Source of the DNA: Anaerolineae bacterium
GTDB lineage: Bacteria > Chloroflexota > Anaerolineae > B4-G1 > SLSP01
NCBI GenBank assembly: GCA_016931185.1
Contig: JAFGFI010000143.1
Location: 5,987-69,986, forward strand
DNA: 64,000 nucleotides
Direction: 5' to 3'
A model generated the notes under the pieces. It worked only from the letters and a program-made list of their open reading frames with translations. It was not told the DNA's origin and made no database searches. Both the position numbers and the translations under genes were made by a program. This document shows, one piece after another, positions 38,969 through 48,400 of this stretch (positions are counted from its first letter, which is position 1; every line of letters starts with the position of its first letter).

Positions 38969-40033
38969 ATGTTGGTCGCAAGAGCGCCAGTGCGGATTAC
39001 TTTAGGGGGAGAGGGTACAGATATACCTGCATATTACGAAAAACATGGTGGAGTTGTGGTGAACGCTACTATTAATTATTATGTTTACACCATTCTTACT
39101 CCAAATGACTCTTCTGAAGTGCGTATTATTTCTACAGATCAGCGTCCGTCGTTGGGAAAGTCTTTGCAGGAAGATCTGATATGGAACAGTGATTCTAGTC
39201 TCCCGCGATCAATAACAGATTACTTTAAGGTTTGTGGCGGGATAACTGTTTTTCTGGCGCCTCAAATTCCTTCCGGTACGGGAGTTGGAATTTCTGGTAG
39301 TGTGGCAGTGTCAATGATCAAGGCGTTAGCTTTTTGGGTTGGCCTGGATTTAAATCCAACGGAAGTGGCTGAATTGTCCTGTCACATTGAAATAGAGCGA
39401 CTTGGGATGCCCGTGGGAAAACAAGATCAGTACGCTGCGGCTTTAGGTGGGTTGAATGTGATGACGTTTTCTAAACATGCTGTAGCTGTTACCCCTCTAA
39501 AAATTAGCCAACACGCACAAGCTATGCTCAATGAACGGTTGATGTTGTTTTTTACTGGGTTTTCTAAGGATGGTCCAAACATCTTATCTGAGCAGATCGC
39601 TGCTTGTGAAGCGTCGGATGCAGAGGTCATCAATCGTTTAGGTATGATGAAGTCGCTGGCTCTGGATATACGTTCTGCATTAGAGCGGGGAGATTTACCG
39701 GCTTTTGGAGAATTATTGCATGCTTCCTGGTTGCAAAAGCGGGAATTGACACCCAGAATCACTCACGACTTCTTAGATACTTGTTATGAAACTGCTCGTT
39801 TCCATGGAGCTGTTGGAGGGTCTATTATCGGAGCCGGTGGTGGTGGATTTTTACTGTTATATTGTCCACTTGCCCAGCAAGGAGCCGTCACGGATGCACT
39901 GGCATTATTGGGGGTGCATCGCTATCCTTTTGAACTGGAAGAGAATGGCGTTCAAATACATCAAACTTATTCATGGTCATCAGGTCAAGTGACGCGCGCG
40001 CAGGTCTTGACGCCTATGGCGTTTAGAGCTTAA
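38969..40033 (+). CDS. GHMP-family sugar kinase (HddA/fucokinase-like)
   Basis: RAPVRITLGGEGTDIPAYYEKHGGVVVNATI, GHMP motif PSGTGVGISGSVAVSMIKAL, GAGGGGFLLL. Confidence 0.85.
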   Translation: MLVARAPVRITLGGEGTDIPAYYEKHGGVVVNATINYYVYTILTPNDSSEVRIISTDQRPSLGKSLQEDLIWNSDSSLPRSITDYFKVCGGITVFLAPQIPSGTGVGISGSVAVSMIKALAFWVGLDLNPTEVAELSCHIEIERLGMPVGKQDQYAAALGGLNVMTFSKHAVAVTPLKISQHAQAMLNERLMLFFTGFSKDGPNILSEQIAACEASDAEVINRLGMMKSLALDIRSALERGDLPAFGELLHASWLQKRELTPRITHDFLDTCYETARFHGAVGGSIIGAGGGGFLLLYCPLAQQGAVTDALALLGVHRYPFELEENGVQIHQTYSWSSGQVTRAQVLTPMAFRA

Positions 40034-40055
40034 GCTTGACGGTTATAGGTTGATT

Positions 40056-40090
40056 AGCCCCCCCGATCATGATCGGGGGGCTTTATTTTG
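40056..40090 (+). terminator. intrinsic terminator
   Basis: Stem agcccccccgatc/gatcggggggct, followed by TTATTTT. Confidence 0.7.
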
Positions 40091-40101
40091 TGATCCGTGC
40101 A

Positions 40102-40110
40102 TGTTATAAT
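40102..40110 (+). promoter_or_regulatory. extended -10 element (TGtTATAAT)
   Basis: TG at 40102-40103 and TATAAT at 40105-40110, directly after the terminator and 148 nt upstream of the 40258 start. No good -35. Confidence 0.35.
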
Positions 40111-40257
40111 CTGCTGTTTTTAAATAATTTTGAACCAATTTAGTCAATGGTTAGTAATTATTAGGGATTTGTTATAGGGCAGGGCAATGGGACATTTAAT
40201 CGTAATGTATGTTTTTAATCTGCCGTTTTACGGCCTATTTTCAGGGAGGGGGATGAT

Positions 40258-41511
40258 ATGAATTTTGTTCCGCGATCTCAAACTACAGAACGTCAACAAG
40301 AGAAAGTTATGCGCCGGGTATTGTTATCTGCCGGCACGGGGTATGGGGTATTGTTCGGCCTGGTTTTCTCAGGGACAATATGGGGATATGAAGTATGGGT
40401 ATTATCCAGGACAGTGGATTTTATTTGGCCTCAATTAGCACTAGGAACACTGTTAGCGGTGCTTATCGGGACAGTTGCAGGAATTTTGGGGGCCTTATCC
40501 CCTTGCAATATTATTTTGCCGCCCGCTTTTTCGCTGCCTTTATTACGGCGTCTGCTGAATCAGGTTTTATCCTGGACGAGCTTAACGGTTATTGTCTGGA
40601 CGATTGCAACGGGGGTGTTGAGTTGGATTGCCGCGCACATTCCTTATGAAATTTACGACTTTATGGTAGGATGGGCAGATCCTCGTTTTTCGAATGTAGT
40701 GATTTTGCCCTATACGCACACTAATCATGTGCGCACCTGGTTGATTACGATAGCTAATTTGTTTGTTGGGATGGCGATAGGGTTTGTGGAACTGCGGGTT
40801 GTGGATTGGGCCTGGGATTCTATTACTCCCAAACGGCGACTAGGTGTAGCCTCATGGGTTATGGTAGGGATAGGGGCGATGGTTGCTGTCGTGCCGGCTT
40901 CTGTGATCAATCTGATGATAATGCGTCCTATACGTATTCCTCAACAGATAGTTGCTGAACAAGTAGCGGTTACATTATCTGGTGGTGTGGAGGCGGCTGT
41001 GGCGCAGGGCTTGAATAAGACGGTGGCGGATCGTTATGGGACGAACTTTACAGAACCTTATCAAATCCACTTTGTGGATTTCCATACAGATACGGAAACA
41101 TTGTATACTTCCTCGGTTGACGTGGTTTTTGAGACGGATGCCGCTATGCCGTTTGCGATGCGTTGCGTGGTTCTAGGTACTCATCTGTCTTTCTGCGATG
41201 ATTTTTCTAAACGACTAGCGGATTGGATGGACGTTATTGTTCAATCCGCATTAACCGGTACTCCTCAATGGTCTATGGATGGTATGAGAGCGTTAAATGT
41301 ATCGGAGGCTGTGTTAGTGTGGTTAGATACGCATCAACGAGAGTTTAGTGATAACTATGTCCTGAGCTACGTAGCACAGCGCGGGCAATGGATATTATTG
41401 TCGGCGCAGTTTGACTCAGGATTTGAGATGGTGTGCCGTTTTCATGGCCTGACACCGATGTATGTGGATGTCTGTGAGGTTCCTGCTTATTGGGAGCAAA
41501 GTCAAGACTGA
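40258..41511 (+). CDS. uncharacterised polytopic membrane protein with a soluble C-terminal domain
   Basis: RBS GGGAGGGGG. About 6 hydrophobic spans in the first ~230 aa, then a ~190-aa non-hydrophobic domain. No family recognised. Confidence 0.65.
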   Translation: MNFVPRSQTTERQQEKVMRRVLLSAGTGYGVLFGLVFSGTIWGYEVWVLSRTVDFIWPQLALGTLLAVLIGTVAGILGALSPCNIILPPAFSLPLLRRLLNQVLSWTSLTVIVWTIATGVLSWIAAHIPYEIYDFMVGWADPRFSNVVILPYTHTNHVRTWLITIANLFVGMAIGFVELRVVDWAWDSITPKRRLGVASWVMVGIGAMVAVVPASVINLMIMRPIRIPQQIVAEQVAVTLSGGVEAAVAQGLNKTVADRYGTNFTEPYQIHFVDFHTDTETLYTSSVDVVFETDAAMPFAMRCVVLGTHLSFCDDFSKRLADWMDVIVQSALTGTPQWSMDGMRALNVSEAVLVWLDTHQREFSDNYVLSYVAQRGQWILLSAQFDSGFEMVCRFHGLTPMYVDVCEVPAYWEQSQD

Positions 41512-41652
41512 CCATCTGACCAGGGTTAAGTCTGTCCATATATCCTTTCCCTCTTGATCATATTTAGGCTACACTTATTATGAGTACTTAGCTAGCATGC
41601 TTCACCGGTTATTTTTAAGTATATTTTGCGATTTCAAATGGCCTGAATTATA

Positions 41653-41820
41653 TAGAATTAACCTAAGTTGCTACCTATCACGTGAATTTCTCTTTTTCGC
41701 CCCTATGGGGCGAAAAAGAGAGGGGAAAAGATGTTTTGTTCGCACGCGGCTCTTGCCGCGTGCGAACAAAACACCCTTTTCTCTTCCGCTACCACAAGGT
41801 AGCAACTCGCGTTAGAATTA
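41653..41820. mobile_element. MITE-like element A2 (core 41661-41812) with an 8-bp flanking duplication
   Basis: Same termini as A1 (ACCTAAGTTGCTACC ... GGTAGCAACTCGCGT). Perfect direct repeat TAGAATTA at 41653-41660 and 41813-41820. Two internal hairpins. Confidence 0.7.
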
Positions 41821-41822
41821 CT

Positions 41823-41929
41823 CATTAACCGTCGATTCACCAGCATTCGGATGAAAATTTAAGACGAAACCAAGTTTTCAAGGGAATTCATCATTAACAG
41901 CTGGCGTTCACCAGCAGTAGGATGAAAAT
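41823..41929 (+). repeat. two copies of the B repeat (CATTAAC-N-TTCACCAGCAgTnGGATGAAAAT)
   Basis: Copies at 41823-41858 and 41892-41929, joined by TAAGACGAAACCAAGTTTTCAAGG. That 24-mer recurs identically at 53966-53989. Confidence 0.7.
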
Positions 41930-41987
41930 TGAATCCGCAATTCGTTATTCGTAATTCGCTATTCGCTATTTTCAGAGGAGAATTTTT

Positions 41988-43052
41988 ATGCTGCCTTTGT
42001 TCAAGTTCCTTATTCGTCGTCTGTTAGCGATTCCTATCACTTTATTTGTTATTACCGCAGTGTTATACGGTATTATTATGTTGGCCCCGGCAGAAGTCAG
42101 GGCCGAGTTGTATATGCCCAGAGGAAGTTCTAATAACCCTAATTTACGTCCGGAAGTATTATTAAATCAAATTGTTGTGGAACATGGCTTGGATGATCCG
42201 TACCTCATACAATATTTTCGCTGGGTGGGCGGCTTGCTGCTGGGAGATTGGGGGTGGAGTCCTGGTTTTCGCACTGATGTGCTAGAGGCATTGTTAGTGC
42301 GTACTCCTGCTACAGCCGAATTAACGTTGTATTCTGTATTGTTATTGATCCCGTTGGGCATTTTGGGAGGAGGATTGGCGGGTTCAAGACAAAATCGTTG
42401 GGTGGATCATGGGTTTCGCCTCGTGGCTTTTCTGGCGACGTCTATCCCGTCCTTTGTTCTTGCCCTGGTCTTATTGGCAATTTTTTACGCAGGCTTGAAT
42501 TGGTTCCCCCCCGGTCGAATCAGTATCGCCGAACAGTTTGTTGTGGATGTGGCGACATTCAAAACTTTCACCGGTTTGTTGACAATTGATGGACTACTTA
42601 ATGGTCGTCCAGATATCAGCTTGAGTGCGTTGCGCCATCTGGTGTTGCCCTCGGTCACATTGAGTATGCTGCATTGGGCCACATTGGGGCGGGTGACGCG
42701 CGCGGCGATGATTGAGGAATTTGACAAGGATTACATTATGGCTGCCAGGGGGCGCGGGCTACGCCGTCCGGCGATCACCTGGCGGCACGCATTGCGCAAC
42801 GCGACGGTGCCTGCACTAAACAGTATTGCGCTTTCTACGGCTTCCCTGATTATGGGAGTTTTTGTGGTTGAAGTGATCTTTGGGTTTCCAGGAGTGTCGG
42901 AACTGATTGTTGCTTCTATGCGTGGGGTACCTGATACTGCGGTGGCGATGGGATTTGCTGTTTACAGTGTGTTGCTGGTTTTGCCGGTGATGTTAATTTT
43001 GGATATATTACAAGCGCTTGTCGATCCACGTATCCGTGAAGGAGCAGTATGA
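41988..43052 (+). CDS. ABC transporter permease (OppB/DppB-like), orphan pair
   Basis: FLIRRLLAIPITLFVITAVLYGIIMLAP, NWFPPGRIS, YIMAARGRGLRRPAITWRHALRNA, DPRI. Confidence 0.88.
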   Translation: MLPLFKFLIRRLLAIPITLFVITAVLYGIIMLAPAEVRAELYMPRGSSNNPNLRPEVLLNQIVVEHGLDDPYLIQYFRWVGGLLLGDWGWSPGFRTDVLEALLVRTPATAELTLYSVLLLIPLGILGGGLAGSRQNRWVDHGFRLVAFLATSIPSFVLALVLLAIFYAGLNWFPPGRISIAEQFVVDVATFKTFTGLLTIDGLLNGRPDISLSALRHLVLPSVTLSMLHWATLGRVTRAAMIEEFDKDYIMAARGRGLRRPAITWRHALRNATVPALNSIALSTASLIMGVFVVEVIFGFPGVSELIVASMRGVPDTAVAMGFAVYSVLLVLPVMLILDILQALVDPRIREGAV

Positions 43053-43053
43053 T

Positions 43054-44010
43054 ATGAGTCTAAACCGTCATTTTCTGTCAAACTGGCAAAACATTATCGC
43101 TTTATTGCTTATCGGCGTCTATGCCGTAGTGGCGATAGCAGCTCCCTGGTTAGCCCCTCAAGACGATCCTGAATCACCTACACCCTTCCGCCGGTTGTCT
43201 GGGTTTCGCGTGACCTCGTTACGCCAACCCCGCCCTCCAAGTTCTGCCGCTATGTTGGGAACTGCACCGGGAGGATGGGATATTTTTTATTCTTTGGTGT
43301 GGGGGGTTCGTCCGGCATTGCGCTTTGGACTGATTACGGCGTTTGGCTCAGCTACCTTCGGTGTATTATTGGGTGCCGTGAGTGGTTATTGGGAAGGGGC
43401 ATTGAATCGCGTGATCATGCGTATCACTGACGCTTTTCTCACATTTCCGGCTATCGCGGGTATTTATCTCTTCCGGCAAGTTTTACCCACAGCTTCTTCT
43501 GATACTGCTTCCCTTACGATTATACAAACGATCCTCTATGCAGTTATTCAGGATCCTGTTATGGTATCCTTGATAGTTTTCTCTTGGATGCCTTATGCCC
43601 GTTTAATCAATGCTAATATTATCAGATTAAAACAAACTGAATACGCAATGGCTGCTATAACTGTGGGCGCGCGTCCCCAGCGCATTATCTTGCGCCATTT
43701 ACTCCCCAATGCGCTTGCGCCTGCAATTGTGTTGTTAGCACGTGATGTGGGGGGGATGGTTATCTTAGAAGCTGCTTTTACGTTTATTGGCATTGGATCG
43801 GGATTGCCATGGGGAATGTTGCTGGTGGCCGGTCGCGATTGGATTTTAGGACCAGGTGGCAATCCTTTGGTCTATTGGTGGGTTTTTGTTCCTACTACAC
43901 TGGCCTTGGTCTTTTTTAGTATCGGCTGGAACCTGTTGGGAGATGGGTTAAATACTGTGTTAAATCCACAGCAAGCAAAGAAAGTGGGATTCGTAAAACA
44001 TAAAACGTAA
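43054..44010 (+). CDS. ABC transporter permease (OppC/DppC-like), orphan pair
   Basis: ATG 43054 follows GAAGGAG, one nt after the upstream stop. Motifs LGTAPGGWDIFYSLVWG and EYAMAAITVGARPQRIILRHLLPN. Confidence 0.85.
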   Translation: MSLNRHFLSNWQNIIALLLIGVYAVVAIAAPWLAPQDDPESPTPFRRLSGFRVTSLRQPRPPSSAAMLGTAPGGWDIFYSLVWGVRPALRFGLITAFGSATFGVLLGAVSGYWEGALNRVIMRITDAFLTFPAIAGIYLFRQVLPTASSDTASLTIIQTILYAVIQDPVMVSLIVFSWMPYARLINANIIRLKQTEYAMAAITVGARPQRIILRHLLPNALAPAIVLLARDVGGMVILEAAFTFIGIGSGLPWGMLLVAGRDWILGPGGNPLVYWWVFVPTTLALVFFSIGWNLLGDGLNTVLNPQQAKKVGFVKHKT

Positions 44011-44044
44011 AATGTGAGGAATATTTTACGTTTTATGTTTTACG
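43992..44044. terminator. perfect 22-bp hairpin between convergent permease genes
   Basis: cgtaaaacataaaacgtaaaat (43992-44013) pairs with attttacgttttatgttttacg (44023-44044). The left arm encodes the last codons and the stop of the 43054 gene. Confidence 0.5.
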
Positions 44045-44059
44045 CTGTACCGCCAATGT

Positions 44060-45082
44060 TTAGCGTGACCCCTGAAGCCTCGGATCGAGTACATCGCGCA
44101 GCGCGTCCCCCACTAGGTTCCAAGAGAGGACGAACAACACCAATGCCACGCCGGGGAACATAACAATGTACCAATATTCACCTAGCTGCGTCATCCAGTT
44201 GCGGGCGAAAGAAAGCAGTTGTCCCCAGTCGGGATAGCCAACTTCGGCGCCGATACCCAGGAAACTCAATCCCGCAAACGTGATTGCGTAGCTCCCGATG
44301 CGCATTGAGGCCAATACTAGCGTGGGGAAAATAGCGTTAGGCAAAATGTGACGGAACATGATGCGCGTGTCTTTTACACCGACAACGCGTGCCGCCAAGA
44401 CGTATTCGCGCTCACGTAAGGACAGGATATCACTGCGCAGGAGACGAGCGAACCCCATCCAACTGAACATAATTAAAGCAATGCCAGGGGCAAATAACCC
44501 CTTCCCCAATCTGGGTGTCAGTACTGCTGATAATGTCATTGCTGTTAGCAGGAAAGGGAAGGCCTGGAACAGGTCCGTGATGCGCATCAGGATCATATCC
44601 ACCCACCCCCCATAGAAAGCCGAGACCGCGCCAATCAGACCACCCAGGAGCAAACCACAGGTCGTGATCAATAGCCCTGCTAACAGGGCAGTTCGCGTCC
44701 CCCAAACTACACCATAATAGATGTCCCACTGTCCACTGGCAGTGCCCATTAAGTGTACCCATTCATCTTTACCGGTGACGGCTTTCCACCAGAACGGCAG
44801 TGGCGGCTGGAGTGTCCTCCACTCGGCACCCGGCGGTTTGGGAACGGCTCCATATCCATCGCGCGGAATCCGTGAACTACTTGATCCCGGTGCGTAAGGT
44901 GCTAGAATCGGTGCAGCGATAGCGACAAAGATGAAGAAAGCTAATAATACTAGCCCAATCACCGAAATAGGGTTTGTCACTAATCCTTTTAACGTGCGAT
45001 AAGTGTCGTGCCCTACCCAGCGTTCAAACCAACCCGGCGTGCGATGTTGTATCTGTGGCAATGTCAAATCCTGTGTTGTCAT
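44060..45082 (-). CDS. ABC transporter permease (OppC/DppC-like)
   Basis: ATG 45082 follows TAAGGAAGGAAAAT. Motifs MGTASGQWDIYYGVVWG and EYVLAARVVGVKDTRIMFRHILPN. Confidence 0.88.
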   Translation of the reverse strand: MTTQDLTLPQIQHRTPGWFERWVGHDTYRTLKGLVTNPISVIGLVLLAFFIFVAIAAPILAPYAPGSSSSRIPRDGYGAVPKPPGAEWRTLQPPLPFWWKAVTGKDEWVHLMGTASGQWDIYYGVVWGTRTALLAGLLITTCGLLLGGLIGAVSAFYGGWVDMILMRITDLFQAFPFLLTAMTLSAVLTPRLGKGLFAPGIALIMFSWMGFARLLRSDILSLREREYVLAARVVGVKDTRIMFRHILPNAIFPTLVLASMRIGSYAITFAGLSFLGIGAEVGYPDWGQLLSFARNWMTQLGEYWYIVMFPGVALVLFVLSWNLVGDALRDVLDPRLQGSR

Positions 45083-45099
45083 ATTTTCCTTCCTTAAGC

Positions 45100-46164
45100 T
45101 CAATCTAACCGCACCCGCGGGTCAATGTAGGCATATAGAATATCCACGATAACGTTTGCCACCACCAGAATAGCTCCATTAAATAACACAAAAGCTAACA
45201 CAGTGACGACGTCCAGATTGCTGGCGGCATCAGCCGCCGCCATACCAATGCCGGGGTAATTAAACACTGTCTCAATGATCGTGACACCGCCTAGCAGCCC
45301 GACTACTGTACCACCGGCCAACGTTACTACCGGTAACAGTGCATTGGGCAATGCATGTTGATTGGTAACCACGCGTTCACTTAACCCCTTGGCTCGGGCC
45401 GTAGTAATGTAGTCCTGGCGTAACGTCTCTAACATCGAAGAACGCGTTACCCGCAGGGTTAACGCCCACCAGAGATAGGCTAACGAAATCACCGGCAAGA
45501 TCAGGTGTCGCACTGCATCCCAGAAAATATCCAGCCGCAAGTTCAGTAGGGAATCAATGGTCACCATGCTGGTATACGAGTGGAATTCCGGCGACATCAC
45601 TACACGGTTAGCCCAGTCTGAGAGGCGTCCAGGCGGGAACCAACCTGTTCCGACGTAGAAAGCCATCAGCAGCAGCAGCCCAAACACAAAGTCGGGGAAG
45701 GACCAGCCCACAATCCCGAAAATTCGCACAGCGTGATCCAGGAACTTATTGTGATTAACGGCTCCGACCACGCCCAAGAAAATACCGCCGGCAACCACCG
45801 GAATTACTGCTAAGAGTGCCATCTCCAAAGTCGCGGGGAAACGTCGCGCTAACATATCGGAGACCGGTTGTGAAGCTGTGCGGGAATATCCCAGATCGCC
45901 GCGCAAAATTCCTCCCACACGTTCCCCCGTGCGCGGATCAGTGGTGCCGGTCAACCATTTCCAATATTGTATGTAAAGAGGTTGATCCAATCCATAACGT
46001 TTGATAATTCCTTCCAACACGGCGTCGTTCTTGGGAATCTCACGCACGTACAGGGCTGAACGTTCTACCGGTGATAGAAACTGCAGCATCAAAAAAATTA
46101 ATACAGTGACGCCAAAAAGTAAAAAGGGTACCATAATTAAGCGTCGAATAATATAATTGACCAT
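45100..46164 (-). CDS. ABC transporter permease (OppB/DppB-like)
   Basis: NYIIRRLIMVPFLLFGVTVLIFLM, GWFPPGRLS, YITTARAKGLSERVVTNQHALPNA, DPRV. Confidence 0.9.
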   Translation of the reverse strand: MVNYIIRRLIMVPFLLFGVTVLIFLMLQFLSPVERSALYVREIPKNDAVLEGIIKRYGLDQPLYIQYWKWLTGTTDPRTGERVGGILRGDLGYSRTASQPVSDMLARRFPATLEMALLAVIPVVAGGIFLGVVGAVNHNKFLDHAVRIFGIVGWSFPDFVFGLLLLMAFYVGTGWFPPGRLSDWANRVVMSPEFHSYTSMVTIDSLLNLRLDIFWDAVRHLILPVISLAYLWWALTLRVTRSSMLETLRQDYITTARAKGLSERVVTNQHALPNALLPVVTLAGGTVVGLLGGVTIIETVFNYPGIGMAAADAASNLDVVTVLAFVLFNGAILVVANVIVDILYAYIDPRVRLD

Positions 46165-46260
46165 CGCTTTAACCTCCGTGATGTGTGATACGGAATAAGT
46201 AACCTATTGCCAATAATAGCTTACCCATTACGTAGCACGCATAACAATCTGTCCGCAAGA

Positions 46261-46330
46261 CTGTGGCCAATTTGATCGGCCACAGTACTGCGCGAGAAGG
46301 AAACAGAAGAGAGCATGCGCTCTCTTCTGT
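46261..46330 (-). terminator. two stem-loops downstream of the SBP gene (attenuator or stabiliser)
   Basis: Perfect 12-bp stem acagaagagagc/gctctcttctgt (46303-46330) and 8-bp stem ctgtggcc/ggccacag (46261-46285). Both lie between the SBP and permease genes. Confidence 0.45.
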
Positions 46331-46348
46331 CCTTGGCAACAAACTCGC

Positions 46349-48400
46349 TTACTCCTTGGTCCAGGTGTAGTAGCGTGCAGTCGCACTTTGAATGGGGTTG
46401 TAGTAATATCCCCCCAACCACCGCTGCTCGTAGCGACGGCCTGTGCCCACCGCTAGACGAATAGCAATAGCATTGTCGTAATCCATCTGGGTGAGTTGCT
46501 GATACAGTGCAGCGCGCTCTTCATCGCTGGTCGCAGCTACGGCTGCATCTACCAGGTTAGAGAACTCCGCGATCATCTCTTCTGGCAACGCCTGCCGTGA
46601 GGCATACGTGCCAATTAAGAAGGGTTGCGCCCAGTTGTGCGGATCGTGCAAATCCTCAGCCCAACCAGAGACCGCCATTGGCAACCGGCTGGCCCGGTAG
46701 GCAGCTAGGAAGCTCGGCCACGGCAGACCAATGATTTCAATCTGGAATTTCTCGTCGATGGAAGCCAGGTTATTTTGTAGAATCTGAGCAATAGTCTGGC
46801 GGGTGACGTTGCCGGTGTTGTATCCAATCTGCATACGGAAGCCCTTCTCCCAAACCTGACCATCCCAGGCTAACTGTAATTCTTCTGCACACTTATCAAG
46901 ATCAAAGTGATACATTGGGCCGTTCTGATCGTACCCCAACATCCCCGGGATTGAGAAACCGGAGACCTGCACGGCCTCGCCAGATAGCGCGTCCTGGATG
47001 TAGGCTTCCCAGTCGAAGCAGTAGTTGAATGCCTTGCGGACGTGAATATCGCTAAAGAAGTCTGCGGGAATTCCATTACCATCCAGTTCCCCACTGCCGA
47101 TGTAAGGGTTGCCCCCATCGGTATTAATGTTAAAGACAAACAATGCATCAGTACGTGACGTGCTCGGATAACCGCGATATAGGCGTAGCGGTCCATTGGG
47201 ATTATCAGTAGCCTCACAATCGAAGCTATCTGCGTCCGCATTGTATTCACACCACTCGCCGACCATCGGGTCAACCTGTGAGAAGTTCTCACCTGGCACG
47301 CCTGCATTGTCAGCATCACCAGCCTGGAGCATCGCAAAGCGTGTGCCCCATTCAGTGACACCCTTGAGCACAACATGCTCAATAGTCGGGCCCGTTGGAC
47401 CACCTTCGAAGGTTGGTTCCGCGCGCCACCAGTTGGGATTCTTTGCCAGAACCTTTTCCTCACCGGGAGTCCAGCTTTCCAGCATGTACGGGCCGGTGCC
47501 ATTGGTCTTGTCGCGGATGGGCGAGCTTTCAGATGTGATGCCGTAGTAATTTTGCCAGGTGGCACAGTCGCCATCCCAGGTACCGTTTTCGATGGCCCAA
47601 TCCTTATCCAAAATGGAGCCCCAGCTCTGAGCGAGGGTTGCCAGGAATGGCCCCCACGGCAGTGCGAGGTTGAAGGTCACGGTACCGGCAGCTTCATCAG
47701 CCTGAATGGCATTCATCACGGCTTCGCAGGCAGCCATCAACTTATCGGGATCGGCAGCTTGTAACCCAGCGGGATCATCATCCAGAGTACCAGTTTCATC
47801 TACCAACTCGGCAATATCGGCGACACCAATACCGAAGAAGGGTTCGGTGAAGAGCCACTGCGGGGACCAGGTCCCACCCTGTAGCAAACCACGCTGGAGA
47901 CTATAGGCTGCGTCCTCTGCCGTCAGATCAGCGCCATTGTGAAACTTGACACCCTCGCGAACCTTGAAGACATAGGTTTTCCCATCCTCAGATATTTCCC
48001 AACTCTCGGCCAGGGCCGGCGCAAATTCGGTTGCCTTTGTGCCTGCATAAGTGACCAACTGATCGTAGATGTTGAGAATAACATCATCGCCATCACTCTC
48101 ATAGTTCCAAGCCGGATCCAACGTATCAATACCCTCGCTGATGGCAGCCACAACCAGGGTATCAGGTTCGGAAGCCGCGAATTCTACTACTTTCTCTGGC
48201 TCAGGTGTCGCGGTGACAACGACTTCTTGTACCTCAACAACAGTTTCAACGACTTTCTCGCCCTCAACGATTTTTTCGACTTCCTTGGTTACGACGACGG
48301 TCTCGACGATAACTTCGGGAGTCGGGGTCGCGCAGGCGCCCAACACCATGCTGGCGATAACCAGCAAACCAACTAAACTCCATAGAGTTTTCTTGGACAT
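46349..48400 (-). CDS. ABC transporter substrate-binding lipoprotein, family 5
   Basis: Signal with lipobox LVIASMVLGAC, a V/E/T-rich tether, then a family-5 SBP body. Strong RBS TAAGGAGGAG. Confidence 0.9.
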   Translation of the reverse strand: MSKKTLWSLVGLLVIASMVLGACATPTPEVIVETVVVTKEVEKIVEGEKVVETVVEVQEVVVTATPEPEKVVEFAASEPDTLVVAAISEGIDTLDPAWNYESDGDDVILNIYDQLVTYAGTKATEFAPALAESWEISEDGKTYVFKVREGVKFHNGADLTAEDAAYSLQRGLLQGGTWSPQWLFTEPFFGIGVADIAELVDETGTLDDDPAGLQAADPDKLMAACEAVMNAIQADEAAGTVTFNLALPWGPFLATLAQSWGSILDKDWAIENGTWDGDCATWQNYYGITSESSPIRDKTNGTGPYMLESWTPGEEKVLAKNPNWWRAEPTFEGGPTGPTIEHVVLKGVTEWGTRFAMLQAGDADNAGVPGENFSQVDPMVGEWCEYNADADSFDCEATDNPNGPLRLYRGYPSTSRTDALFVFNINTDGGNPYIGSGELDGNGIPADFFSDIHVRKAFNYCFDWEAYIQDALSGEAVQVSGFSIPGMLGYDQNGPMYHFDLDKCAEELQLAWDGQVWEKGFRMQIGYNTGNVTRQTIAQILQNNLASIDEKFQIEIIGLPWPSFLAAYRASRLPMAVSGWAEDLHDPHNWAQPFLIGTYASRQALPEEMIAEFSNLVDAAVAATSDEERAALYQQLTQMDYDNAIAIRLAVGTGRRYEQRWLGGYYYNPIQSATARYYTWTKE

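Noticed and set aside
41597-41815. 72-aa ORF, and the 80-aa ORF at 53410-53652, in long intergenic regions
   Set aside because: The first is encoded almost entirely by MITE A2 hairpin sequence. The second has a TTG start, no RBS and low-complexity content, and spans the D repeat.
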